A stretch of DNA of 64,000 bases. Origin: a phage. The notes below the pieces were generated by a model. The model was given only the letters and a program-made list of their open reading frames with translations. It was not told where the DNA came from and did not search any database. The stretch lies in sequence record PZ452610.1; one strand, given 5' to 3'. Positions 52,805 to 63,510 of the stretch are shown piece by piece. Both the position numbers and the translations under genes were made by a program. How positions within the stretch are numbered: position 1 is the stretch's first letter; each line of letters opens with the position of its first letter.

Positions 52805-54573
52805 AACCTGAAGAAATGAAATCCATGCGTAGAAATAAGGTCATTGCCGATAATAAACCACAAAAAGTAGCTGCAACAGCAGCTACCGATTCATTAGAAG
52901 CATTGAATAACATTTCATCAAAACTAGACGATGTCCAAGCTGCGTCTGAACTCACATCACAAAGTGTAGAAGATAAAGGCAATGGAATTATTGAATCAAT
53001 TGGAGACTTAAAGAATTCGACAGATAATACTGCTGAAGGCACAGAGCTTATCGCAGAAGTTATTGAAAAACAAACTGAAGTCACTAAAAGTATAAACGAA
53101 GTTTCTAATGCAATAAACTCTAAGTTAGACCGATTAGCTACATTATTAGAGCAAAAATTACAAACATCTACCGCTATTCAAAATACAGGAGGCACCTCTC
53201 TTGAAGTAATTGAGAACGCAATACCTGTTAAAGTGGTTGAGAACGAAACTTCTGATGAGTTGTTTAAAGCATTACCTACACCTGAAAAGATTGATAATAA
53301 GCCAGACGAAGATTTCTTCCCAGCGCCGGTTCAAGAAAGTGCTAATTCTACTTCCGATTCTAAAGGCGGAATTAGCTTTAAATTGAGCGATAAAATTGCA
53401 ATGCTCACCAAAACAGTTCAAGCCGGGTTTAATAAATCAATATCCATTTCAGACAGAATTGCTGGAATGCTTTTCAAATACACTATAACGGCTGCTATTG
53501 AAGCAGCAAAAATGGCTGCACTTATTCTTGGTATTGTTATTGGTATTGATTTATTGATAGTCCATTTCAAATATTGGACAGACAAGTTCACTTCTGCCTG
53601 GGATTTATTTGATGAAAACTTTACTAAATTCTCCGATGAAGCTAAAGAGTGGGGTAAATTCTTAAGTGATATATTCACTTCTATTGACTCGATAAAACAA
53701 TTGTGGGAAGCTGGAGACTGGGGTGGTTTAACCGTTGCTATTGTCAAAGGTGTAGGAACAGCATTAATGAACTTAGGTGAACTAATTCAATTAGGAATGG
53801 CTAAACTCTCCGCGTCTATATTGCGTGCTATAGGTTTTGGTGATACCGCTGACGAAATAGAAGGACGTGCTTTAGAAGGATTCCAAGAAACTACTGGGAA
53901 CAAATTAAAGAAAGAAGACCAAGAGAAAGTCGCTAAATATCAAATGAAGCGTGACGATGGGGAATTAGGAACCGTTTCTAAAGGTCTTGATATGTTACAA
54001 CGCGGCAAAACATTCGTTACTAACTGGGTTCGTGGTAATGACAATAAAGAAGAGTTTAGTACAAGTGATGAGCGCGCTGCGGAATCAGCAAAATTAAAAG
54101 AGTTACCTGAAGAGGAACGTAAAGAGGCGTACATAAAAGCGAATGAAACTCGTGCTGCACTGGTTAGATTTGAGGATTATATCGATAAAATCGATATGAC
54201 TAATCCAGAAAATGCTAAAAACGTCGAGAAGTCTTATGCTGATTTAAGTAAACTTATTAAAGACCCTGAACTTAATAAAACTCCTGTTGTTAAAAAGGAA
54301 ATAGATGCTAGATTTGAAAAGCTAAATAATAAAATGGCTGAAGCCAAAAAGGCTCAGACAACAGTTAAGCCTGAATCTTCGACTAAATCTCCGGAAGCAA
54401 AACAAGTTCAGTCAATAGAGAAAGGACGTGCTTCTGAATCTAAACAACAGCAACCGGTAGCGGCGATTAGTAACACAAATAATGTCGTCAAAAAGAATAC
54501 CGTAGTCCAGAATATGACCCCTGTAACAAGTACAACGGCTCCTGGAATTTTCCATGCCACCGGTGTTAATTAA
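52801..54573 (+). CDS. 29: gp29 tail tube length determinator (tape measure)
   Basis: 590 aa as in T4. Confidence 0.9.
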   Translation: MKPEEMKSMRRNKVIADNKPQKVAATAATDSLEALNNISSKLDDVQAASELTSQSVEDKGNGIIESIGDLKNSTDNTAEGTELIAEVIEKQTEVTKSINEVSNAINSKLDRLATLLEQKLQTSTAIQNTGGTSLEVIENAIPVKVVENETSDELFKALPTPEKIDNKPDEDFFPAPVQESANSTSDSKGGISFKLSDKIAMLTKTVQAGFNKSISISDRIAGMLFKYTITAAIEAAKMAALILGIVIGIDLLIVHFKYWTDKFTSAWDLFDENFTKFSDEAKEWGKFLSDIFTSIDSIKQLWEAGDWGGLTVAIVKGVGTALMNLGELIQLGMAKLSASILRAIGFGDTADEIEGRALEGFQETTGNKLKKEDQEKVAKYQMKRDDGELGTVSKGLDMLQRGKTFVTNWVRGNDNKEEFSTSDERAAESAKLKELPEEERKEAYIKANETRAALVRFEDYIDKIDMTNPENAKNVEKSYADLSKLIKDPELNKTPVVKKEIDARFEKLNNKMAEAKKAQTTVKPESSTKSPEAKQVQSIEKGRASESKQQQPVAAISNTNNVVKKNTVVQNMTPVTSTTAPGIFHATGVN

Positions 54574-54581
54574 GGATTATT

Positions 54582-55691
54582 ATGATTAGTGTAAAAGAAA
54601 TAGTAGTAGATGCAAAGGATTTAAATAAAGCAATCCCAGTCTCAGAAAGTGCTGGGCAAAGCACTAAAACCGAAACAACTACTAAAACTTATGTTGCTCA
54701 ATTTCCTACAGGAAGAGCAGCCGGAAATGACTCCACAGGAGACTTCCAGGTAACAGACCTTTATAAGAATGGATTATTATTTACCGCGTACAATATGTCT
54801 GCACGCGATTCAGGATCCCTCAGGAATTTACGTCCGGCATACGCCGGGACTTCATCTAATGGTATCATATCAGATTTAACTGATAATGTGAAAGATGCAG
54901 TGACTAAATTCTCAAACGGATTGCTTCCTGCCGGAGCTAATAAATCTACTATAAATAAAACTCCTGTTGCTAATATACTTTTGCCACGTTCCAAATCTGA
55001 CGTTGATACAACTTCACATCGTTTTAATGATATCGGTGATAGCCTTATTACTAAAGGTGGAGGTACTGCTACGGGTGTTTTAAGTAACATTGCTTCTACT
55101 GCAGTTTTTGGTGCATTAGATTCTATTACTCAAGGGCTTATGGCTGATAATAACGAACAGATTTATACGACTTCTCGTAGTATGTATGGCGGTGCTGAGA
55201 ACCGTACTAAAGTCTTTACATGGGATTTAACTCCGCGTTCAACTGAAGACCTTATGGCTATTATAAACATTTACCAGTATTTTAACTATTTCTCATATGG
55301 TGAGACCGGTAAATCACAGTACGCCCAAGAGATTAAAAGTTATTTAGACGAATGGTACCGTTCAACGTTTATTGAGCCTATGACGCCAGATGATGCAGTA
55401 AAAAATAAGACATTGTTTGAAAAGATTACTGCGTCATTAACAAACGTATTAGTTGTAAGCAACCCTACAATTTGGATGGTTAAAAACTTTGGTTATACAT
55501 CTAAATTTGATGGATTAACTGACGTATTTGGTCCATGCCAAATTCAAAGTGTACGTTTTGATAAAACTCCAAATGGACAATTTAATGGTCTCGCTGTTGC
55601 TCCTAACTTACCGTCAACATTTACGTTAGAGATAACAATGCGAGAAATTATTACATTAAACCGTTCTTCACTTTATGCGGGGACTTTCTAA
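54582..55691 (+). CDS. 48: gp48 baseplate tail tube cap
   Basis: 369 aa (T4 364). Confidence 0.9.
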   Translation: MISVKEIVVDAKDLNKAIPVSESAGQSTKTETTTKTYVAQFPTGRAAGNDSTGDFQVTDLYKNGLLFTAYNMSARDSGSLRNLRPAYAGTSSNGIISDLTDNVKDAVTKFSNGLLPAGANKSTINKTPVANILLPRSKSDVDTTSHRFNDIGDSLITKGGGTATGVLSNIASTAVFGALDSITQGLMADNNEQIYTTSRSMYGGAENRTKVFTWDLTPRSTEDLMAIINIYQYFNYFSYGETGKSQYAQEIKSYLDEWYRSTFIEPMTPDDAVKNKTLFEKITASLTNVLVVSNPTIWMVKNFGYTSKFDGLTDVFGPCQIQSVRFDKTPNGQFNGLAVAPNLPSTFTLEITMREIITLNRSSLYAGTF

Positions 55692-56653
55692 TGTACTCTT
55701 TAGAAGAATTTAATAACCAAGCTATAAATGCAGATTTCCAACGAAACAATATGTTTAGTTGTGTATTTGCTACTACACCATCGACTAAATCATCTTCACT
55801 AATTTCGTCAATTGGTAGTTTTGCTTATAATAACTTAGGGTTGGATTCTGATTGGTTAGGATTAACTCGAGGTGATATCAATCAGGGTGTAACAACCCTG
55901 ATTACAGCAGGAACACAGAAATTAATTCGAAAATCAGGTATAAGTAAATATCTGATTGGAGCAATGAGTCAACGTACGGTACAAAGCTTGTTAGGTGAGT
56001 TCACAGTCGGAGCTTATCTGATAGACTTCTTCAATATGGCATATAATAATACAGGTTTAATGATTTATTCTGTAAAAATGCCTGAGAACCGATTATCGTA
56101 TGAAACAGATTTCAACTATAACTCCCCGAACATCCGAATTACCGGTCGTGAAATGGACCCGTTAGTAATAAGCTTTAGAATGGATTCCGAAGCATCTAAC
56201 TTTAGAGCAATGCAAGACTGGGTAAACTCGGTCCAAGACCCTGTAACAGGTCTTCGTGCTTTACCACAAGACGTCGAAGCGGATATTCAGGTTAATTTAC
56301 ATGCACGAAATGGTTTACCACATACCGCTGTCATGTTCACTGGATGTATTCCTGTTAGCGTCTCTTCTCCTGAGTTAACGTATGATGGTGATAACCAAAT
56401 AACAGTTTTTGACGTAACATTTGCTTATCGCGTTATGCAATCAGGTGCTGTAAATAGACAGGCTGCTTTAGAATGGCTGGAATCAGGACTTATTAGTAGT
56501 GTTTCAGGAATGTTTGGGAATAATCAAAATGATTCTGGGCTAGGAAGTGCAGTATCAAGACTTTCTAGATTAGGTGGGACTGCTGGAGGTGTGTCTAATA
56601 TAAACACATTGACAGGTGTGGTGAATTCTGCATCAAGAGTTTTAGGTCTATAA
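55691..56653 (+). CDS. 54: gp54 baseplate tail tube initiator
   Basis: 320 aa as in T4. Confidence 0.9.
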   Translation: MYSLEEFNNQAINADFQRNNMFSCVFATTPSTKSSSLISSIGSFAYNNLGLDSDWLGLTRGDINQGVTTLITAGTQKLIRKSGISKYLIGAMSQRTVQSLLGEFTVGAYLIDFFNMAYNNTGLMIYSVKMPENRLSYETDFNYNSPNIRITGREMDPLVISFRMDSEASNFRAMQDWVNSVQDPVTGLRALPQDVEADIQVNLHARNGLPHTAVMFTGCIPVSVSSPELTYDGDNQITVFDVTFAYRVMQSGAVNRQAALEWLESGLISSVSGMFGNNQNDSGLGSAVSRLSRLGGTAGGVSNINTLTGVVNSASRVLGL

Positions 56654-56654
56654 G

Positions 56655-56682
56655 AAAAAAAAGGGAGACGTTGTCTCCCTTT
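56655..56682. terminator. bidirectional rho-independent terminator
   Basis: A8-GGGAGAC-gtt-GTCTCCC-TTT. Confidence 0.65.
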
Positions 56683-56688
56683 AGGGGT

Positions 56689-56982
56689 TTATTTACGGAA
56701 TGAAAGAAATGCTGGTGCTCGGAATGGAGTATCATCTTTAGAGTATTTAACTAATACGACCATTGGTACCTCTGTTTCTAAATGACCTGTCAGTACACCG
56801 ATAAAAATTTGATCAGTGTGTTCAGGGTCACGAAAGTTTTTAAGAGGTTCCATAGCAATATGGAATGCACCTGGGAATACTCGATTCAATTCGTCAATCA
56901 CAGCTTCGTTAAAAACATCATCCGCTGGGATAGCATCTTCAACTACTAGTTCTTGACCATTAAAGCGAAGCATAGATTTCAT
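56689..56982 (-). CDS. hypothetical protein (alt.-1-like position)
   Basis: Preferred ATG 56982 (MKSMLRFNGQ...) with GAGGAG RBS after cassette 57003..57041; 97 aa. Confidence 0.55.
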   Translation of the reverse strand: MKSMLRFNGQELVVEDAIPADDVFNEAVIDELNRVFPGAFHIAMEPLKNFRDPEHTDQIFIGVLTGHLETEVPMVVLVKYSKDDTPFRAPAFLSFRK

Positions 56983-57002
56983 AACGTTCTCCTCATGTTG
57001 TT

Positions 57003-57041
57003 GATAGGATGATAGTATCACACATCCATGTGCTTGTAAAC
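57003..57041 (-). promoter_or_regulatory. early-type promoter cassette
   Basis: ttgataggatgatagtatcac ... gtaaac; overlaps alt stop codon. Confidence 0.5.
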
Positions 57042-59128
57042 TATCCTTGAACAAATTTAAACGGAACCGATTCCAAATCCATTAAAGATGCTAACAGTTT
57101 CAATCCTTTAGGAGCACTAGTTTTTTCTACAAATGAGGAGAACGATACCGGCTCATCCGATTCGATTTCACCCGTCATAGCAACCACCTCGCCTGTTTCC
57201 ATGAGAACATCACCATCGTAAATTACAGCTTCGTCCAACTGGTCTGAGGACATAACTTCAGCTTGAATAAATTTAAGGTTGGATTCTAAACCTGCACCAG
57301 TGTCAGATGACGCATCTGTAATTTTATTTATCTGCAAGAGAATGCCTCTAGGCAAAATAATTTCTTGCTCATTAGGGTGATTACTCAACTGTCCTGGATA
57401 AATCACGTTAACTTTATGGGCGCCGTCAATAGCCCATCCAACGTTAACACGGATTTGTTCTGGTGCATGCATAGCTGTTCTTACTTGACTAGGAGAAATA
57501 GTAACACCTTCGTCATTATTGTCAATGTTAAGCTCTTTGCGAACTTCTTCAGGAGCAAGTCCAAGGGCAACGTTCTCTTTAAACCCGCCAAAAATAATAG
57601 GAGCTAATGAAGTAGAAACATAGTTTCTGAAGTAGAATACCTTATTTTTAACCATTGCTTCGTAAATAGGCATTCTGATAGACTGGGCTCTATACAACGT
57701 TAGTCCTTCAGGTAAACGGTCTCCATTTAAAAACGCCGAATCAAGACCATCAATAGCGCGTTTAACTTCATCTTCATCTGCAACATCATAAAAATCCGGT
57801 TTATAACGGCCTAACAACATATTATTGATATCGGTATACGCAGAAGAGGCATATTCACGAATAGCTCGTTTTTCAGCAACAGAGTATTGTTTAGGGTCCC
57901 GATTCATTGTTATATTAAAGGTGCCTCTAGCCGATTCTCGTGCATAAGTATACATCACATTAGACAAGAACGCTGATTTACGTTGTTTCCAAGTTTTTTC
58001 AGATACTTCAGCTAAAACGTCGTCAGCCAGTTGGAAATTATCTCGTCTAAAATCTTCAAACCATTCGTCTTTAATAGAGTCTGCAATTTCGTTTGCAGCT
58101 TCAACAAAAGCAGCTAATGCTTTAACAGATGTTGTTTTTTCAGTTTTAATTTTCTTAGCAAACTTTTCTAAAGTTGGCTTAATAACACTACCATAAGAAA
58201 CTTCATCAGCAAATCTAAAGGATTCATCAATACGATTATAAATCTTATTTTCGATATCAGCAACTAGAGTGCCTTTTGCTGTAGACGATGCCTGGGCTAG
58301 TACGATTTCATATGCTTCAGGAAGTAATTCAGCTGTAGCTGGGCCACTAACTTCTTTAGCAGAATTTTCGTATTTCTGGAATAACTCGCCTTCTTGGCGG
58401 TCAGCTTCTAAAGATTGACTTGCTGCAATAGCGCGACGAGAAATTTTAGTACGAGCAATAACAGGCTTATCTTTACGTTTTTCTTCTACAGCAGCAATAG
58501 AACCAGCGATAGCCGTTTCTTTGGTGACTTTTTCGCCAGTCTTTTTACTCACATAAACTTCACCAACATCAGAATCTACTTTCGTGTACAACTCTGTGTT
58601 AATGTTAGGGATGCCTTTAATATCTTCAATGTTGGCATTTTTACGAACCATCATCACATAGGTGTGTTTACCTGTGAATTGATACATTGCAGACAATACT
58701 TTAAAACGACCACCAGTTTTAGTAGAAACTAAACGAGCAAGAAGAGTTTGAAGTTGTTGTCCACGTCCTTTCAATTTCTTGGTAGGGAATCGGAACAAAA
58801 CTGCATCCATACGAAGAGCTTTAACCTGTTCATACACTGTATTGAAAATGGTGTTGATTGCATCAATAGGAGCAGGACCAAGACCATTTTTTAATTCAGC
58901 GAGATTACCCTTTTCAGAAAGACTCATAATAACGACATGAGCGTATTTGTCACCAAGTTTAACTTGTTTTACAGCATCGCCTTCGGAAAGGTAAGAGAAT
59001 AAACGAACTACGATGTTTGTATCGATATCACCAATTTTCCAGACTTGTGGAACTTTAGCTTTAGGGTTCAAATTGACGACAGGAAGACTGCCTTCAGATT
59101 CAAACACTTCATTTAATTGTTCAGACAT
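57041..59128 (-). CDS. alt: Alt ADP-ribosyltransferase (capsid-packaged)
   Basis: 695 aa (T4 682); position between 54 and 30. Confidence 0.88.
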   Translation of the reverse strand: MSEQLNEVFESEGSLPVVNLNPKAKVPQVWKIGDIDTNIVVRLFSYLSEGDAVKQVKLGDKYAHVVIMSLSEKGNLAELKNGLGPAPIDAINTIFNTVYEQVKALRMDAVLFRFPTKKLKGRGQQLQTLLARLVSTKTGGRFKVLSAMYQFTGKHTYVMMVRKNANIEDIKGIPNINTELYTKVDSDVGEVYVSKKTGEKVTKETAIAGSIAAVEEKRKDKPVIARTKISRRAIAASQSLEADRQEGELFQKYENSAKEVSGPATAELLPEAYEIVLAQASSTAKGTLVADIENKIYNRIDESFRFADEVSYGSVIKPTLEKFAKKIKTEKTTSVKALAAFVEAANEIADSIKDEWFEDFRRDNFQLADDVLAEVSEKTWKQRKSAFLSNVMYTYARESARGTFNITMNRDPKQYSVAEKRAIREYASSAYTDINNMLLGRYKPDFYDVADEDEVKRAIDGLDSAFLNGDRLPEGLTLYRAQSIRMPIYEAMVKNKVFYFRNYVSTSLAPIIFGGFKENVALGLAPEEVRKELNIDNNDEGVTISPSQVRTAMHAPEQIRVNVGWAIDGAHKVNVIYPGQLSNHPNEQEIILPRGILLQINKITDASSDTGAGLESNLKFIQAEVMSSDQLDEAVIYDGDVLMETGEVVAMTGEIESDEPVSFSSFVEKTSAPKGLKLLASLMDLESVPFKFVQG

Positions 59129-59162
59129 AGTGTTTTCCTTTTAGTAATAATTTATATTTATG

Positions 59163-59185
59163 CCAAAAAGAGCCCGAAGGCTCTT
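59163..59185 (-). terminator. rho-independent terminator
   Basis: AAGAGCC-cgaa-GGCTCTT with T5 on minus strand. Confidence 0.55.
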
Positions 59186-59372
59186 AATCCACAATCAGGA
59201 ACAAAGTACGATAAACTTCAAAATTAGGGCCTTTTTCGTACTTATCAAAATTGTCCATAAAAATATTATAGGAATCGTTATTAGGAAAATCTAATACAAT
59301 TTGGGAACAAGAGGTGGAAACGTCACCACCATCTTTATTAGCGACAACTACTGTTTCTAAATAAGCTTTCAT
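59184..59372 (-). CDS. hypothetical protein (30.9-like position)
   Basis: Preferred ATG 59372 overlapping ligase stop (TAATG); 62 aa. Confidence 0.5.
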   Translation of the reverse strand: MKAYLETVVVANKDGGDVSTSCSQIVLDFPNNDSYNIFMDNFDKYEKGPNFEVYRTLFLIVD

Positions 59373-60865
59373 TATAAACCTGTCTGGGACCACGGTCCAA
59401 ATACGTCTTCAAATGAATCCGCTTCTGTTTTATCAAAACGGAACCCTTTAATAATTGGAAGGAAAATACCTACAGTACCTTCACGGCCTTTAGAATGAAC
59501 CCAACCATTACATTCGCAATCAGCAATACGTCCAATCAATTTACCTTCACGAGCTTCAGCCATTAATCGTTCACGGTCTAAATCATGACGCTCATCTAAA
59601 GGAATAAGAACCTTTACACCATCAACTGTTTTATGAGTTGTATCTTTAAACCCTGAACCACAATCGGTTGTAATACGACGACAACGTGATACGAGTTCGA
59701 CACCACCTAATTTGTTAGGGTCTTTAGAGTGTTCGTAGTATCCTACAACTTCTAAAGCGATATCAATAACTTCTTTAAATTTAATTAGGTTCTTAGAGCG
59801 TTTGTTTTCCCAATATGAATCACGGTTTTTAAGGATAATACCTTCAAGACCTTGGTCAACATATTTTTTATAAACCACTTTAGCTTCGTCAAGATTACGA
59901 ACTAACTGATTTTCAATTGGCTCAATTCGCTTAAAGCCTTCAGCCATATTTTCAAGAGCAGCAAAACGAACATCGTATTTCTGACCTTTAATTTTGCCAT
60001 CAGAATAGACTTCATCTAAAGGAACATAGTCCCAGGCTTGAAGAACCATACCTTCCGCTTCTTTAGGAGAAATAGTCCCTTGAAGAGATTTATTTGCTAA
60101 ACCGTTTGAAGTGCTACGGTCTGCAACTTGTACTTCTTCAGATTCTTCATTATCGCCAAATAAGAACGACAGGTCATTTCCTGAGCTCACAGCCTTTTTA
60201 ATATCAAATGAATGATAAACCAATTCACCGTCGATTAAAACCCCATTAGGGTGTCTTTCACGGGCTTCTTTAGTCATTTCCATTAGTTCATCTGCTAATA
60301 GGGTAAGACCATGGTATTCATTACCAGCACGAGAAAAGAATTGAACACCGTCATCACGAACTTCAGCGAAACAACGAGCACCATCTGCCTTTAATTGAGC
60401 AAATGCAGGCCATTTAATATTTTTAGTAATCAATTTCTCGTCATATGCAGATGCTAACATCTGCGGTTGCAATTGAATAAGTCCAGGCCATACCTTATTC
60501 GCGATAGACACTGAAGCACCTACTTCAAGGTCTCGCATCATTACACGGCGTAGTACTTCAACATCATCAGGTTTACCGTCGGCGATATAACCCATGAGCT
60601 CTTTAATTGCTGCATTACCAGTGAGTTTACGAGTGGCCAATGTGAACTCAATAAAATCCAACATGTCATCTAATTCAAGAAGGCCATACGCTTGAGACCT
60701 TTCACCTGGTCCTGGCCATTTCTTAATATAATACTGAATGCCACGTGCATACGTTAAACGATATACACGTTCAAGTAATTTGTTGTCCTTATTTTTCTTA
60801 AGGATTTCCTGTTTTGTTTTAGTAGAACCGATCGCAGCTATTTGGTTTAAAATATCTAAAATCAT
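59372..60865 (-). CDS. 30: gp30 ATP-dependent DNA ligase
   Basis: 497 aa; KADGAR adenylation motif (KxDG). Confidence 0.93.
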   Translation of the reverse strand: MILDILNQIAAIGSTKTKQEILKKNKDNKLLERVYRLTYARGIQYYIKKWPGPGERSQAYGLLELDDMLDFIEFTLATRKLTGNAAIKELMGYIADGKPDDVEVLRRVMMRDLEVGASVSIANKVWPGLIQLQPQMLASAYDEKLITKNIKWPAFAQLKADGARCFAEVRDDGVQFFSRAGNEYHGLTLLADELMEMTKEARERHPNGVLIDGELVYHSFDIKKAVSSGNDLSFLFGDNEESEEVQVADRSTSNGLANKSLQGTISPKEAEGMVLQAWDYVPLDEVYSDGKIKGQKYDVRFAALENMAEGFKRIEPIENQLVRNLDEAKVVYKKYVDQGLEGIILKNRDSYWENKRSKNLIKFKEVIDIALEVVGYYEHSKDPNKLGGVELVSRCRRITTDCGSGFKDTTHKTVDGVKVLIPLDERHDLDRERLMAEAREGKLIGRIADCECNGWVHSKGREGTVGIFLPIIKGFRFDKTEADSFEDVFGPWSQTGL

Positions 60866-61131
60866 TTGATATCCTCGATTTTGGTTACGGTTCTATTATA
60901 AGCCACTTCATCTAGAAGCGATTTCAGCGTTTTCTGATAAGTGGTAATCCATTTACCGAGTCCTTCAACATAATATTCTGAAATGTAGATGAACCCTTGT
61001 TCAACACACTCTTTAAATATTTCTGCGTCTTTTACTGAACGAAACACCGGCCAGTCTCGAAAGAACATGTTAACATGACCGTAGTCACGTGTGGTGTTTT
61101 TGCCATCTGTAATATCATGAACTACAAACAT
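60862..61131 (-). CDS. hypothetical protein (30.1-like position)
   Basis: 89 aa ORF coupled to ligase gene. Confidence 0.55.
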   Translation of the reverse strand: MFVVHDITDGKNTTRDYGHVNMFFRDWPVFRSVKDAEIFKECVEQGFIYISEYYVEGLGKWITTYQKTLKSLLDEVAYNRTVTKIEDIK

Positions 61132-61140
61132 AATTAGCCC

Positions 61141-61956
61141 TTAACAATTTATAGACCAAGTCCATTTAGACGAATCTAAAGGAAAGTTTTGAATCGTCCA
61201 CCATGGCTGCATATCGGTTGGTCCTGGAGTTCGCCAAGTATACGGATTCGACGGAGTGCCAATTTGATTAGGCCATGCACCTGGACTTGTTGCACCAGAT
61301 TCTTTAAGCAAATCTGCCAATCGTTTTAAAAGGTCTTCACGATCTGAATCTGAATTATGCTCTGGCGGAACTAAACGAGATTCAATATCATCCCATGTGT
61401 GTACACGTTGTGCAGTGCGAGGAATATCATCACGTTCACCACGAGCCAACCAATAAATCGGTACATTAAGAATTTCTGCCGCATGGTCACAGTGATGAGC
61501 TAAATCGTCAACGTAACAAATCACGTTATACTTTGTTTTGGCTAGTTCGAATAATTGTTCTTTTGAAGAATCATGACCACACATCATTACTTCAGAGAAA
61601 GCGCCTGGGAACAAAGCATTCAAATTAAATTGTCTATTCAATCGAGCATCAATTGAATCGCCTAGTGCCGTCACGGCTACAAAATTATAGTCTTCTTTTA
61701 GTTTATTGATAACTCGAAGAGCATCTGAATAAGGCGCTAAGTAACGAATAAAATCAGAGCTATTATATTTTTCTATTAATTGTTTACCAAGGTTATCGTC
61801 GGTATTGAACAGTTTACCAGGAGAAATAAATTTTTCGTCCTGAATCATTTTTAAAATATGTTCTAATGGAAGATTATATTTTTGGGCAAAATAAGGAAGT
61901 CCAGATTGCCAACTTAAACATACACCATCAATATCAGTCAAAATAGTAGGCTTCAT
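61141..61956 (-). CDS. HAD-superfamily hydrolase-like protein
   Basis: N-terminal ILTDIDGV matches HAD motif I (DxDG); 271 aa. Confidence 0.6.
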   Translation of the reverse strand: MKPTILTDIDGVCLSWQSGLPYFAQKYNLPLEHILKMIQDEKFISPGKLFNTDDNLGKQLIEKYNSSDFIRYLAPYSDALRVINKLKEDYNFVAVTALGDSIDARLNRQFNLNALFPGAFSEVMMCGHDSSKEQLFELAKTKYNVICYVDDLAHHCDHAAEILNVPIYWLARGERDDIPRTAQRVHTWDDIESRLVPPEHNSDSDREDLLKRLADLLKESGATSPGAWPNQIGTPSNPYTWRTPGPTDMQPWWTIQNFPLDSSKWTWSINC

Positions 61957-62411
61957 AAAGAGTCTCTTAATAGGTTTAACACATCAATAAATTCAGCTTC
62001 AGTTAGTATTGTATCATCTTTTGTTAGGTGGCTAGCCATGCTGTGCTTCAAAATTTTTCCTTTAGAGGCTTGTAAGGCATCACGAAACCCCTTATTTTGG
62101 ATCGCGGCTTCAAAATATGCATTTGTGTATAATTCTTTCCACGCTTCGGAGTATCTTGAAAATGGAACTCCTAACCAGAAGAGAGTCCCACGGTCCTGAG
62201 CTCTTGCATAAGACCTTCCAGCTTGCTGTGCAGCCAATCCAGACAACCCAAATATACGTCTTTGTTGTTCAACATTTTTCACCTTACATCCTTGGAGAAA
62301 TCCTTCAAGACCTCCGAATTGAATACCATCCATAACAAAAGGCCATTGAGCAAAGTTACTTAATGCACATGACGGCCACTTGAAATTACTTCTTATTTCT
62401 AATTCAGACAT
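61953..62411 (-). CDS. NADAR (YbiA/DUF1768)-like protein
   Basis: Track start is GTG at 62420; preferred ATG 62411; SNF...PF...DG...F signature recalled for NADAR domains. Confidence 0.55.
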   Translation of the reverse strand: MSELEIRSNFKWPSCALSNFAQWPFVMDGIQFGGLEGFLQGCKVKNVEQQRRIFGLSGLAAQQAGRSYARAQDRGTLFWLGVPFSRYSEAWKELYTNAYFEAAIQNKGFRDALQASKGKILKHSMASHLTKDDTILTEAEFIDVLNLLRDSL

Positions 62412-62619
62412 CTTTAACACTTATAATTTCAACATCAGCCCAATGGTCGTATCCGGGTATACGGTCTTCGATAGATAAATTTCCGTCATTTTTAGGTAGT
62501 TTAATCGATGTGATATACGGTTCTAAATGGTCTTCTGTATGCGGAGAAACGTCTGTCACACGATAAGTAACTTCAACCATTTCCGTACCAAACAATTTCT
62601 GGATTAGTTTATTCAACAT
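62404..62619 (-). CDS. hypothetical protein
   Basis: 71 aa ORF, ATG start. Confidence 0.5.
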   Translation of the reverse strand: MLNKLIQKLFGTEMVEVTYRVTDVSPHTEDHLEPYITSIKLPKNDGNLSIEDRIPGYDHWADVEIISVKDV

Positions 62620-62806
62620 GTTTCAACCCTTTAATAGGAGATAACTCTTTACCCATACGTATGTCAGAAGTCCCATCAACCCATTGAACAGCATACGCTT
62701 CATTGATAATTCCAGCGGCGGTTTTAAATTCATGGAGAACTTTAAAAATCATCCCAGGGATTCCAACACCTTTTAATTGGACTGTTTGTGCTATTAAAAA
62801 TTTCAT
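62609..62806 (-). CDS. hypothetical protein
   Basis: 65 aa ORF downstream of promoter 62822..62860. Confidence 0.5.
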   Translation of the reverse strand: MKFLIAQTVQLKGVGIPGMIFKVLHEFKTAAGIINEAYAVQWVDGTSDIRMGKELSPIKGLKHVE

Positions 62807-62821
62807 ATTTTTCCACTTACT

Positions 62822-62860
62822 AAAGAAATCATTATACTCTAATCCGTCCTTGGATGTAAA
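62822..62860 (-). promoter_or_regulatory. early-type promoter
   Basis: minus-sense GTTTAC ... TATAAT. Confidence 0.45.
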
Positions 62861-63475
62861 CTACTTAACGAAATTAATTTCTACCGGATGAACGACAGGT
62901 TGAGCAGTGATATATTGAGTAATTGCTTTCATGACTAGAGCTTCAGAACCAGGATTTTTCTCAACGAATTCACGTGCTTGGTTATGAGCTTCAAGTTCAC
63001 TTAGTAAACCACTTCGTTGGCATCCACGGTCTTGAGTACCCTGTTCAGATAAAAAGACGACGATGTATTTTTCATCGTCATACGGTTTAGACGGTTGAGC
63101 AAATGTTCCTTTACTTCCGAAAGGAGAGTTATGACGCCACATATCGCCGTGAGGAGTTTCAACCTTCGTATATTCGTGCGGGCCATTTTTCTTAATTTCT
63201 TGATGTGGAACTTCATAGATCTTAGGGTTAGGACATTCAATAAAATGCTCATCTAAATCAGTCGAGAATATTAAAGTAAAACAATTACTGAATTTACCGA
63301 CACCTGCCTGATAAATTTTACCTTCAGAAGTTCTAATTTCACAAACTGAGCCGGCATCAGTAACTTCTAAAACTTCAAAAGGCTCGATAAGGTCATATGA
63401 GAACATGTTTTTAAGGCGTGGAGTAATATCCCCATTTTTAAAATTCATTTTATAAAAAGTATTAACTTTAAACAT
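62861..63475 (-). CDS. hypothetical protein
   Basis: 204 aa, ATG with GAGGAA RBS. Confidence 0.6.
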   Translation of the reverse strand: MFKVNTFYKMNFKNGDITPRLKNMFSYDLIEPFEVLEVTDAGSVCEIRTSEGKIYQAGVGKFSNCFTLIFSTDLDEHFIECPNPKIYEVPHQEIKKNGPHEYTKVETPHGDMWRHNSPFGSKGTFAQPSKPYDDEKYIVVFLSEQGTQDRGCQRSGLLSELEAHNQAREFVEKNPGSEALVMKAITQYITAQPVVHPVEINFVK

Positions 63476-63510
63476 AATTTCCTCAGTGGGAGCCGAAGCT
63501 CCCAGTTAAA

